Positions 25,653 to 38,619 of a DNA stretch of 64,000 bases are shown here, in pieces; position 1 is the first letter of the stretch, and every line of letters begins with the position of its first letter. The position numbers and the translations under genes were made by a program. The stretch is from assembly GCF_902652985.1 (NCBI RefSeq), contig NC_047017.1, forward strand, positions 21,018,001-21,082,000, in the 5' to 3' direction. The DNA comes from Pecten maximus. Lineage: Eukaryota. The notes beneath the pieces are model-generated. The model was not told the DNA's origin. It saw nothing but the letters and a program-made list of their open reading frames with translations, and searched no databases.

Positions 25653-27966
25653 AAAACAAGAGATCCCAGAGGGATCTTGGCGCCCACCATTGAATGATCT
25701 TCATAGGTTCCATGTCAGATTGATCTTTTCTCTACTTTTCCCTTCTTCTAAGTCTTACTAATCCTAATCTGTGTAAATACAGAAACAGCCCTCTATAGCT
25801 AGTACTTTTCAAACAAGGGGAAACTATATATAAAATTTAAGATTTAGCGATAATGGCTGTCTGTCGACCATGTTTTTGGATTGGTCCCAATATGCAAAAC
25901 TAGGCACTGAGGGGAACCTACATATGAAATTTGAGAAAGATCCCTTGAGTGCTTTCTGAGAAATAGCGATAACAAACTTCAATTGTCAAAATCCAAGATG
26001 GCTGCCTGTCGGCCATGTTGTTTTCTGATTAGTTTCAAAATGCAATATGCATAACTAGGCACCAAGGGGAACCTACATATGAAATTTGAGAAAGATCCCT
26101 TCAGTACTTTCTGAGAAATAGCGATAACAAACTTCAATTGTCAATATCCAAGATGGCTACCTATCAGCCATGTTGTTTTCTGATTGGTCTCAAAATGCAA
26201 TATGCATAACAAGGCACTGAGGGGAACGTATGTATGAAATTTGAGAAAGATCCCTTCATTACTTTCTGAGAAATAGCGATAACAAACTTCAATTGTCAAA
26301 ATCCAAGATGGCTGCCTGTCGGCCATGTTGTTATCCGATTGGTCTCAAAATGCAATATGCATAACTAGGCAACAAGAGGAACCTACGTATGAAATTTGAG
26401 AAAGATCCCTTCATCACTTTCTGAGAAATAGCGATAACAAACTTTAATTGTCAAAATCCAAGATGGCTGCCTGTCGGCCATGTTGTTTTCCGATTGGTCT
26501 CAAAATGCAATATGCATAACTAGGCACCAAGAGGAACCTACATATGAAATTTGAGAAAGATCCCTTTAGTACTTTCTGAGAAATAGCGATAACAAACTTC
26601 AATTGTCAAAATCCAAGATGGCTGTCTGTCGGCCATGTTGTTTTCCGATTGGTCTCAAAATGCAATACGCATAACTAAGCACCAAGGGGAACCTACATAT
26701 GAAATTTGAGAAAGATCCCTTCAGTACTTTCTGGGAAATAGCGATAACAAACTTCAATTGTCAAAATCCAAGATGGCTGCCTGTCGGCCATGTTGTTTTC
26801 CGATTGGTCTCAAAATGCAATATGCATAACTAGGAACCAAGTAGAACCTACATATGAAATTTGAGAGTGATCCCTTCAGTCTTTTCTGAGAAATAGCAAT
26901 AACAAACTTCAATTGTCAAAATCCAAGATGGCTGCCTGTCGGCCTTGTTGTTTTTCGATTGGTCTCAAAATGCAATATGCAAAACTAGGCACCAAGAGGA
27001 ACCTACATATGAAATTGAGAAAGATCCCTTCAGTACTTTCTGAGAAATAGCGATAACAAACTTCAATTGTCAAAATCCAAGATGGCTGCCTGTCGGCCAT
27101 GTTGTTTTCTGATTGGTCTAAAAATGCAATATGCATAACTAGGCACCAAGAGGAACCTACAAATGAAATTTGAGAAAGATCCCTTCAGTACTTTCTGAGA
27201 AATAGCGATAACAAACTTCAATTGTCAAAATCCAAGATGGCTGCCTGTCGGCCATGTTGTTTTCCGATTGGTCTCAAAATGCAATATGCATAACTAAGCA
27301 CTAAGGGAAACCTACATATGAAATTTGAGAAAGATCCCTTCAGCACTTTCTGAGAAATAGCGATAACAAACTTCAATTGTCAAAATCCAAGATGGCTGCC
27401 TGTCGGCCTTGTTGTTTTTCGATTAGTCTCAAAATGCAATATGCATAACTAGGCACCAAGGGGAACCTAAATATGAAATTTGAGAAAGATCCCTTCAGCA
27501 CTTTCTGAGAAATAGCGATAACAAACTTCAATTGTCAAAATCCAAGATGGCTGCCTGTCGGCCATGTTGTTTTCCGATTGGTCTCAAAATGCAATATGCA
27601 TAACTAGGCACCAAGGGGAACCTACATATGAAATTTGAGAAAGATCCCTTCAGTACTTTCTGAGAAATAGCGATAACAAACTTCAATTGTCAAAATCCAA
27701 GATGGCTGCCTGTCGGCCATGTTGTTTTCCGATTGGTCTCAAAATGCAATATGCATAACTAGGCACCAAGGGGAACCTACATATGAAATTTGAGAAAGAT
27801 CCCTTCAGTACTTTCTGAGGATTAGCGATAACAAGAATTGTTTACGGACGGACGGACGGACGGACGGCCGGAGGGACGGACGGACGGACGGAGGGACGGA
27901 CGGACGACGGACCACGGACGCAGGGCGATTTGAATAGCCCACCATCTGATGATGGTGGGCTAAAAA
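25653..27966 (-). mobile_element. Non-autonomous Helentron-associated element (HINE/DINE-1-like), complete
   Basis: On the minus strand: TTTTT, 12-bp-arm palindrome tagcccaccatc-N4-gatggtgggcta (27935-27962), (GTCC)n microsatellite (~27845-27915), 155-bp tandem array, subterminal repeat (plus gcccacc 25682-25688), stem-loop agatccc-aga-gggatct (25661-25677), then TTTT. Confidence 0.9.
25845..27840. repeat. 155-bp satellite-like array inside the HINE, 12 full copies plus a partial
   Basis: aattgtcaa recurs at 25981, 26136, 26291, 26446, 26601, 26756, 26911, 27065, 27220, 27375, 27530, 27685. Confidence 0.95.
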
Positions 27967-28925
27967 GATACCAGCTTTCAAATATGATCTTAATCTCTTC
28001 TACAAAAGAAATAAACACAACATTTTTGTATATTGGGGGTAAAAAATAAATATTAATCTGAAGGATCTATTTGTACTGTTTCATAATTTTCATATTGGAA
28101 TTCAACAAGGAGATGGACTTGGACCTTGAGTGTTGATGTTGACATTACTTGGGCATATTGTTAATTGATAGATATTTCTGCATTGAGGTATACTCTTTCA
28201 GGAATTGATAGGGAACGGCAGAAATTCTTGTTATTTTTGGAAACACATTCTGACTACACAATGTCGTCATTCTCAATACTGAAATAACCAGGCACATAAA
28301 ACAGAGAATCGGAATTCTAAACTAGGGAGAGTAGAAGCTGATTTAGGCTGCAAAAACACAACACGTAAACAATGAAGTCACCACTAAAATGTGTTCAGTG
28401 TTTATAAATAAGTAGTTATTTCTGTGAGAGAAAACATTTCCTTCATTCATGGAATTATTTTCTTCAATAAAAAGATCTGTTTCTGCAACTTATCGATCTT
28501 ATCTGTCGAAACGATGAGTGAAATATCTGTTTTATTCATGGAATTTAAAAAAAAGTATCTACAGCGAAAATTTCAGCTTATCATGAAAACAATTTTTTTA
28601 TATCAGTATGCTTTAAATTTGTTGAAAACACAAAGAGTGGTTTATAATCATATCAAAAGGAACACTATATATTGTACAATTTACTGCAACTGCTAGTGCA
28701 ACTTTCCGTGCAGTAGAAACGCTCCAGAGACACTTGTATCCCAGGGCCTTGTGGGTGGTAGCTCATGACTTTCATCAACTCTACACTCAAGTTTGGGATT
28801 GAAACACCCAAACATCTGAATTTCATATTAAATTAGAATTTATAGCTCATGTGGCACTATCAGAGCATATAAAATGCCAAGCTTATCTATACCCCATAGT
28901 TTCAGGAGTAATTCATTCATCAGAG

Positions 28926-29090
28926 TAGGAGTGGGGAGGGGGACTAATATAATACACTGTATGTATAGTAAGGTTGAGGGAGGACAGGGTAGGAGTGGGG
29001 AGGGGGACTAATATAATACACTGTATGTATAGTAAGGTTGAGGGAGGACAGGGTAGGAGTGGGGAGGGAACTAATATAATCACTGTTATG
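28926..29090. repeat. 64-bp tandem repeat, ~2.6 copies, abutting the 53-bp array
   Basis: taggagtgggg at 28926, 28990 and 29054. Confidence 0.9.
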
Positions 29091-31482
29091 TAGGAGGGTA
29101 GGAGATAGGACCTGGGACGTGGTGAGAGGGGTAGAGAAGGGTAAGGGAAGGTAGGAGATAGGACCTGGGACATGGTGAGAGGGGTAGAGAAGGGTAAGGG
29201 AGGGTAGGAGATAGGACCTGGGACGTGGTGAGAGGGGTAGAGAAGGGTAAGGGAGGGTAGGAGATAGGACCTGGGACATGGTGAGAGGGGTAGAGAAGGG
29301 TAAGGGAGGGTAGGAGATAGGACCTGGGATGTGGTGAGAGGGGTAGAGAAGGGTAAGGGAGGGTAGGAGATAGGACCTGGGACGTAGTGAGAGGGGTAGA
29401 GAAGGGTAAGGGAGGGTAGGAGATAGGACCTGGACATGGTGAGAGGGGTAGAGAAGGGTAAGAGAGGGGTAGGAGATAGGACCTTGGACATGTGGTGAGG
29501 AGGGGTAGAGAAGGGTAAGGGGAGGGTAGGAGATAGGACCCTGGGACACGGTGGAGAGTGGGTAGAGAAGGGTAAGGAGGGTAGGAATAGGATGCTGGGA
29601 TGTGGTGAGAGGGGTAGAGAAGGGTGGGAGGGTAGGAGATGGACCTGGGACTTGGTGAGAGGGGAGAGGAAGGGTAAGGGAGGGTAGGAATAGGATCCTG
29701 GGGGACGTAGTGAAGGGGTAGAGAAGGGTAAGGGAGGGTAGGAGATAGGACCTGGACATGGTGAGAGGGGTAAGAAGGGTAGGGAGGGTAGGAGAATAGT
29801 GACCCTGGGACGTGGTAGGAGGGGGTATAGAAGGGTAAGGGAGGGTAGGAGATAGGAACCTGGGTACTGGTGAGAGGGGTAGAGAAAGGGATAGGAGGGT
29901 AGAGATGGACCTGGGACACGGTGAGAGGGGTAGAGAAGGGTAAGGGAGGGTAGGAGATAGGACCTGGGACATGGTGAGAGGGGTAGAGAAGGGTAAGAGA
30001 GGGTAGGAGATAGGACCTGGGACACGGTGAGAGGGGTAGAGAAGGGTAAGGGAGGGTAGGAGATAGGACCTGGGATGTGGTGAGAGGGGTAGAGAAGGGT
30101 AAGGGAGGGTAGGAGATAGGACCTGGGACGAGGTGAGAGGGGTAGAGAAGGGTAAGGGAGGGTAGGAGATAGGACCTGGGATGTGGTGAGAGGGGTAGAG
30201 AAGGGTAAGGGAGGGTAGGAGATAGGACCTGGGATGTGGTGAGAGGGTAGAGAAGGGTAAGGGAGGGTAGGAGATAGGATCTGGGACGTAGTGAGAGGGG
30301 TAGAGAAGGGTAAGGGAGGGTAGGAGATAGGACCTGGGATGTGGTGAGAGGGGTAGAGAAGGGTAAGGGAGGGTAGGAGATAGGATCTGGGACGTAGTGA
30401 GAGGGGTAGAGAAGGGTAAGGGAGGGTAGGAGATAGGACCTGGGACGTGGTGAGAGGGGTAGAGAAGGGTAAGGGAGGGTAGGAGATAGGACCTGGGATG
30501 TGGTGAGAGGGGTAGAGAAGGGTAAGGGAGGGTAGGAGATAGGATCTGGGACGTAGTGAGAGGGGTAGAGAAGGGTAAGGGAGGGTAGGAGATAGGACCT
30601 GGGACACAGTGAGAGGGGTAGAGAAGGGTAAGGGAAGGTAGGAGATAGGACCTGGGATGTGGTGAGAGGGGTAGAGAAGGGTAAGGGAGGGTAGGAGATA
30701 GGACCTGGGACACGGTGAGAGGGGTAGAGAAGGGTAAGGGAGGGTAGGAGATAGGACCTGGGACGTGGTGAGAGGGGTAGAGAAGGGTAAGGGAGGGTAG
30801 GAGATAGGACCTGGGACACGGTGAGAGGGGTAGAGAAGGGTAAGGGAGGGTAGGAGATAGGACCTGGGACACAGTGAGAGGGGTAGAGAAGGGTAAGGGA
30901 GGGTAGGAGATAGGACCTGGGACGTGGTGAGAGGGGTAGAGAAGGGTAAGGGAGGGTAGGAGATAGGACCTGGGACACGTGGTGAGAGGGGTAGAGAAGA
31001 GTAAGGGAGGGTAGGAGATAGGACCTGGGACATGGTGAGAGGGGTAGAGAAGGGTAAGGGAGGGTAGGAGATAGGACCTGGGACGTAGGTGAGAGGGGTA
31101 GAGAAGGGTAAGGGAGGGTAGGAGATAGGACCTGGGACGTGGTGAGAGGGGTAGAGAAGGGTAAGGGAGGGTAGGAGATAGGACCTGGGACGTAGTGAGA
31201 GGGGTAGAGAAGGGTAAGGGAGGGTAGGAGATAGGATCTGGGACGTGGTGAGAGGGGTAGAGAAGGGTAAGGGAGGGTAGGAGATAGGACCTGGGACGTA
31301 GTGAGAGGGGTAGAGAAGGGTAAGGGAGGGTAGGAGATAGGACCTGAGACGAGGTGAGAGGGGTAGAGAAGGGTAAGGGAGGGTAGGAGATAGGACCTGG
31401 GATGTGGTGAGAGGGGTAGAGAAGGGTAAGGGAGGGTAGGAAATAGGACCTGAGACGAGGTGAGAGGGGTAAAGAAGGGTAA
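29091..31482. repeat. 53-bp purine-rich minisatellite, ~45 copies, with a G-quadruplex motif per unit
   Basis: Unit ggagataggacctgggacgtggtgagaggggtagagaagggtaagggagggta. Confidence 0.97.
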
Positions 31483-32354
31483 GAAAAAAATGTCTAATGG
31501 GATCGAGGGGTTTTAGAGCGGGTAAAAGGAGAGCTAGAAGGAATCGCAATAAATTGAGGCCTGCTATGCCCCTCCTCAGCCTCTGTCTAACTAATGTATA
31601 ACATATTGAATTAGCTCCGAGGCTACATACTCAAGGCATATAAAACTGATGGACTTTGGATGTATATATCATTTACGGGCTGATTGTTGGCGAAGATAAA
31701 CAAATTTCATGCTGATTTAATTCAAACTGAACAAATATGATGATGCCGATATCACTATACAATGAACTTATCTATTCTGCTTGTCAAGATACTCCCTGCA
31801 GACTTTTGAAAATTAATTACATCATCAACAAGCATGCAGCCCGTTTCTGTGAGAAACTATATAGCAGAGTGCCAGGTCAAGTTTAATGTACACTTGAACA
31901 AACCCATCTATATCACCAATACTTATATAACATAATTATCAAACCTACACAACATGGATTTTTTGGAAGCTTTATAAGTGTTTACAAACCATTATGTAAG
32001 TAGGTGACTCCCGCATTGAGGACAACTTAAGATTTTGTTGGTTTTTAAAAACAATCTTGAGTAATAGATAAAATAATAACGAGATTTAAAATCATTTATG
32101 AATTTCCTTTTGATTAACATTTTGTGAAAATGAGTCTTAGTAGTCAGTGTATTTTTTTATTTTTTTTTTAGATATAAAAAGTCTGTTGCTGTTCTTAAGT
32201 CAACTAATTAAATTATTGCATCTTTGAGAATGGGATACATCTTTGTGTGGTGTTGTCTCACCTGTGTACATTAGCGATGTATTTAAATATTCCCTAGGAG
32301 AGAGATAAGATGGTAACTACCGTAAATATGTGCATATAGTGCACACTTCTAGGG

Positions 32355-32928
32355 GTTAGATTTACACCCTACCTGTAGCCTGGGGGAGGGGCTAGATCTA
32401 CACCCTACCTGTAGCCCAGGGGAGGGGCTAGATCTACACCCTACCTGTAGCCCAGGGAAGGGGCTACATCTGCACCCTACCTGTAGCCCAGGGGAGGGGC
32501 TAGATCTACACCCTACCTGTAGCCCAAAGGGGAGGGGCTAGATCTACACCCTACCTGTAGCCCGGGGGGAGGGGCTAGATCTACACCCTACCTGTAGTCC
32601 AAGGGGAGGGGCTAGATCTTCACCCTACCTGTAGCCCGGGGGGAGGGGCTAGATCTACACCCTACCTGTAGCTTGGGGGAGGGTCTAGATCTACACCCTA
32701 CCTGTAGCCTGGGGGAGGGGCTATACACCCTACCTGTAGCCCAAGGGGAAGGGCTAGATCTTCTCCTACCTGATCTACACCCTACCTGTAGCTTGGGGGA
32801 GGGTCTAGATCTACACCCTACCTGTAGCCTGGGGGAGGGGCTATACACCCTACCTGTAGCCCAAGGGGAAGGGCTAGATCTTCTCCTACCTGTAGCCCGG
32901 GGGGAGAGTCTAGATCTACACCCTACCT
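32355..32928. repeat. ~36-bp minisatellite, ~15 copies, with a 120-bp higher-order duplication
   Basis: Unit tagatctacaccctacctgtagcccaggggaggggc; 32701-32760 is identical to 32821-32880. Confidence 0.93.
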
Positions 32929-33454
32929 GAAGTCCGTCTGATGCCGCTCACTATCAATACGCGAATCGTGATACCAGTTGGTTGGTCTTGAAATGTTGTG
33001 ACATGTTTAACACGTACATTGTTTGTGTTAAAAGTAACATTCTTTTTAATATCACATATTTCTAAACTGATGAATCTTATTGGAAAAAAAACCCAATTCT
33101 GATACAGTATCTGACCTGATGGATGCACTGCGCACTTACAGACACAAGTAAGGTTCACTATTTTCCAGTTTTTTCTTCTTTTTTTTTATAGAAATAAACA
33201 TTCTTTTTGTCTTCTATGTTTAAAGATTGATGAAATGTCAAATTAGCAGATTGATGGATAAGTACAAAGTCTTTTGACATGATCTAATTAAGTGCATCCA
33301 TCCCCTCGAGCTAAGTTCCAGAATGGTAAGAGTACACTAAAGGGAGCACTTACTGGGTAAAATATGGTAAAGGAGAGATGTACGAGGAGACATTCAGATG
33401 TCAAAATGTTCAATACAAAGTAAGGCAAGTATTCTCATGGTAGATTTACTGAAA

Positions 33455-34868
33455 CACCACAACTAAACGCCCCCCACCTGTACCAACACTGACACAAATA
33501 CAAATATAACCTTACCACGATGTCCCCCACCTACAGTACTGACACTAACACAAAGAATACAAAAATAAACCTTAGCACAACGTCCCCCGCCTGTACTGAC
33601 ACTGACAAAAAAATACAAAAATAACCTTACTACAGCGTCCCCCACATGTAACAAAACTCACACAAAAAAATACAAAATAACCTTACCACAACGTCCCCCA
33701 CCTGTACCAACACCGACACAAAAATACAAATATAACCTTACCACAACATTCCCCCCATGTAACAATACTCACACAAAAATACCAAAATAACCTTACCACA
33801 ACGTCCCCCACCTGTACCAACACCGACACAAAAATACAAATATAACCTTACCACAACGTCCCCCACCTGTACCAACACCGACACAAAAATACAAATATAA
33901 CCTTACCACAACGTCCCCCACCTGTACCAACACCGACACAAAAATACAAAAATAACCTTACCAAAACGTCCCCCACCTGTACCAACACCGACACAAAAAT
34001 ACAAAAATAACCTTACCAAAACATCCCCCACCTGTACCAACACCGACACAAAAATACAAATATAACCTTACCACAACGTCCCCAACATGTACCAATGCCG
34101 ACACAAAAATACAAATATAACCTTACCACAACGTCCCCCACCTGTACCAACACCGACACAAAAATACAAATATAACCTTACCACAACGTCCCCCACCTGT
34201 ACCAACACCGACACAAAAATACAAATATAACCTTACCAAAACGTCCCCCACCTGTACCAACACCGACACAAAAATACAAAAATAACCTTACCAAAACGTC
34301 CCCCACCTGTACCAACACCGACACAAAGAATACAAATATAACCTTACCACAACATTCCCCACCTGTACCGACACCAACACAAAGAATACAAAAATAAACC
34401 TTACCACAACGTCCCCCGCCTGTACTGACACTGACAAAAAAGTACAAAAATAACCTTACTACAGCGTCCCCCACATGTAACAAAACTCACACAAAAAAAT
34501 ACAAAAATAACCTTACCAAAACGTCCCACCTGTACCAACACCGACACAAAAATACAAAAATAACCTTACCATAACGTCCCCCACCTGTACCAACACCGAC
34601 ACAAAAATACAAAAATAACCTTACCACAACATTCCCCACCTGTACCAACACCGACACAAAATACAAATATAATCTTACCAAAACGTCCCCCACCTGTACC
34701 AACACCGACACAAAAATACAAAAATAACCTTACCACAACGTCCCCCACCTGTACCAACACCGACACAAAAATACAAATATAACCTTACCACAACATTCCC
34801 CACATGTAACAAAACTCACACAAAAAAATACCAAAATAACCTTAAAACGATGTCCCCTACCTGTACCT
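33455..34868. repeat. 55-bp A/C-rich minisatellite, ~25 copies
   Basis: Unit aaccttaccacaacgtcccccacctgtaccaacaccgacacaaaaatacaaatat. Confidence 0.95.
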
Positions 34869-35559
34869 AAATTGAGGCACAATCTTGATTAAGACAATAT
34901 AACCACTCACACTACAGTTATTATACAATAAAACTTTGGTGAGGCGAAGGGGAATGATATCCTGTGGTTAAACACTGTTATCTGTGCCCATAGTCTCACC
35001 TGGGGGAGGCTTCAATGCCATGACAATAGGTCAAAGTGATTAATGTTTTCAAAAATCAATCATGAGCCCACATTTGCCTTTTTCATGGTTTGTTCAAAAC
35101 ACCAATCTGCGTCATTGCAAGCAGCAGTGTGGCCATCTTCCCTCGACTATGATCCCCCACCCACACCAAAGCGTTCGCGTCCTTGTCTGCATAGGTCAAA
35201 TTTACCCCCAGAATCGTAGGGGCACCACAAACTTTATTACTTCGATTGGTGAGATGCTTTGTTTCAGAAATAGACAATGGAAAAAAAAGGAGAGATCTCA
35301 GCTCAATTCAATTTTTGACTTTATCTTAAACATGGTTCCTACATTCAAGCATGTTTCAAAGTCAGTGTATGAACCATGTTAAATAAGTTTGAATAAATTT
35401 ATGCAGTCCAAATTTTTTTGCAAAATGTTGACTTTTTCTAAGATTGTTTTTCAACAGAATTTGCAAAATGTTAAAATATTTGATAAGTATGTACAATTAA
35501 ATATCCACCTTAACTCTTAGCTCTGGCCAGGAGAACAATGTACATTGTAGAACGTAACA

Positions 35560-37800
35560 TCTCCTGTGGCCTCGAGGGATCGATGTGGAACATAATGTCT
35601 TGGGTGGCCTGGAGATCGAGTAAGACTAAGGTCTTTGGTGGTCTGGAGATTGAGTATGACGTAACTTCTCTGGTGGCCTGGAGATTGTGGCCTGGAAATC
35701 GAGTATGAAGTAATGTCTTTGGTGGCCTGGAGATTGTGGCCTGGAGATCGAGTATGAAGAGTATGAAGTTATGTCTTTGGTGGCCTGGAGATCGAGTATG
35801 AAGTAACGTCTTTGGTGGCCTGGAGATTGAGTATGACATAACATCTTTGGTGGCCTGGAGATCGAGTAAGACTAAGGTCTTTGGTGGTCTGGAGATCGAG
35901 TATGAAGTAACGTCTTTGGTGGCCTGGAGATCGAGTATGAAGTAACGTCTTTGGTGCCTTGAGATCGAGTATGAAGTAACGTCTTTGGTGGCCTGGAGAT
36001 CGAGTATAAAGTAACGTCTTTGGTGGCCTGGAGATTGAGTATGACATAACATCTCTGGTGGCCTGGAGATCGAGTATGACATAACATCTTTGGTGGCCTG
36101 GAGATCGAGTACGAAGTAACGTCTTTGGTGGTCTGGAGATCGAGTATGAAGTAATGTCTTTAGTGGCCTGAAGATCGAGTATGAAGTAATGTCTTTGGTG
36201 GCCTGGGGATCTTGTATGATGTAACATCTTTGGTGGCCTGGAGATCGAGTATGACCTAGCATCTTTGGTGGCCTGGAGATCGAGTATGACGTAACATCTT
36301 TGGTGGCCTAGAGATCGAGTATGAAGTAATGTCTTTGGTGGCCTAGAGATCAAGTATGAAGTAATGTCTTTGGTGGCCTGGAGATTGTGGCCTGGAGATC
36401 GAGTATGAAGTAACGTCTTTGGTGGCCTGGAGATCGAGAATGAAGTAACATCTTTGGTGGCCTGGAGATCGAGTATGACGTAACATCTTTGGTGGCCTGA
36501 AGATCGAGTATGAAGTAATGTCTTTGGTGGCCTAGAGATCGAGTATGAAGTAATGTCTTTGGTGGCCTGGAGATTGTGGCCTGGAGATCGAGTATGAAGT
36601 AACGTCTTTGGTGGCCTGGAGATCGAGTATGAAGTAACATCTTTGGTGGCCTGGAGATCGAGTATGACGTAACATCTTTGGTGGCCCGGAGATCGAGTAT
36701 GACGTAACATCTTTGGTGGCCTGGAGATCGAGTATGACTTAACATCTTTGGTGGCCTGAAGATCGAGTATGAAGTAATGTCTTTGGTGGCCTAGAGATCG
36801 AGTATGAAGTAATGTCTTTGATGGCCTAGAGATTGTGGCCTGGAGATCGAGAATGAAGTAACGTCTTTGGTGGCCTGGAGATTGTGGCCTGGAGATCGAG
36901 TATGAAGTAATGTCTTTGGTGGCCTAGAGATCGAGTATGAAGTAATGTCTTTGGTGGCCTGGAGATTGAGTATGAAGGAATGTTTTTGGTGGCCTGGAGA
37001 TCGAGTATGAAGTAACGTCTTTGGTGGCCTGGAGATTGAGTATGAAGTAACGTCTTTGGTGGCCTGGAGATCGAGTATGAAGTAATGTCTTTGGTGGTCT
37101 GGAGATCGAGTATGAAGTAATGTCTTTAGTGGCCTGAAGATCGAGTATGAAGTAATGTCTTTGGTGGCCTGGGGATCTTGTATGAAGTAATGTCTTTGGT
37201 GGCCCGGAGATCAAGTATGACGTAACATCTTTGGTGGCCTGGAGATCGAGTATGACGTAACATCTTTGGTGGCCTGAAGATCGAGTATGAAGTAATGTCT
37301 TGGTGGCCTAGAGATCGAGTATGAAGTAATGTCTTTGATGGCCTAGAGATTGTGGCCTGGAGATTGAGAATGAAGTAACGTCTTTGGTGGCCTGGAGATT
37401 GTGGCCTGGAGATCGAGTATGAAGTAATGTCTTTGGTGGCCTAGAGATCGAGTATGAAGTAATGTCTTTGGTGGCCTGGAGATTGTGGCCTGGAGATCGA
37501 GTATGAAGTAACGTCTTTGGTGGCCTGGAGATTGTGGCCTGGAGATCGAGTATGAAGTAATGTCTTTGGTGGCCTGGAGATCGAGTATGATGTAACGTCT
37601 TTGGTGGCCTGCAGATCGAGTATGAAGTAACATCTTTGGTGGCCTGGAGATTGAGTATGAAGTAATGTTTTTGGTGGCCTGGAGATCGAGTATGAAGTAA
37701 CGTCTTTGGTGGCCTGGAGATTGAGTATGAAGTAACGTCTTTGGTGGCCTGGAGATTGAGTATGAAGTAATGTCTTTGGTGGCCTGGAGATTGAGTAAGA
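35560..37800. repeat. 35-bp minisatellite, ~60 copies, with interspersed 14-bp short units
   Basis: Unit ggtggcctggagatcgagtatgaagtaacgtcttt; short unit gtggcctggagatt. Confidence 0.96.
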
Positions 37801-38619
37801 CATTATGGTCTAATTGGTACCCTGGAGATACTAACACAATGTAAATAACTTATTGGCGTTACTGGTAAGATTACACAATCCACAATCAATGTCCTGTCTC
37901 CGTCTGAAATACTGGGCCTCCACACAAGCTATTTAGGAGGACTGATTTGTTTTGATGCCAGTCCCAGCTGTGAAAGCAATGATAGTTTTCCCCCAATCCA
38001 ATTGGCATCAGCCAATCGAAAATGTTGTGTAAGAAAGAGACATTTTGTAAGTAGCGCCCAAGGTGGGAAGTCGGACAGGTTGGCTGACCGGGAGGGGGCT
38101 ACCTATGTCTGGGCAGACGATGTTCCATCGCATTTGTTCTAATCTGGCCCCGAGGACAAATGATTGGCTCTTACTCTATGCACAGTTGACTTAGGCAACA
38201 TGCAGTCAGCGCACAAATGGCTTCCATAATGGTGCCAGAACAACTGCCAAAAACAGTCAAACAAGTTATTCTGTGGTTAAATGTTGCATTTACAAACATC
38301 AAAAAACTTTCATTCAAAATTAATTGTTTGACTGTAGTAATTTTCTTCAATGTAATATTGATCCATTTTAGAGTCAAAGACGATGATTTTGCCACAACAC
38401 AGACATATTTGATGACGGTAAAATTAACCATACAGTGGTAAAACCTGAAACGGGAAATTTTTGATATGACGACTGGATACTGCACGTTATATCTTTAGAG
38501 GAATGTTCAGCTACTGACATTTTCAACTGAAATGTCTTTACAGATAAATTTCATTCTTCATATGAGTAACAATTGCATTTGCTATCCAGTGATAAGGCAA
38601 AATATCAATACTACAGATT

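Noticed and set aside
28913-31549. Three long overlapping Pro/Ser/Leu-rich ORFs (878, 642, 630 aa)
   Set aside because: The 53-bp unit lacks stops on the minus strand, so all three frames stay open and cycle the same peptide. Repeat artefact, not an extensin or mucin.
35510-37837. Multiple ORFs up to 313 aa
   Set aside because: Frame-cycling translations of the 35-bp repeat with no domain or splice context.
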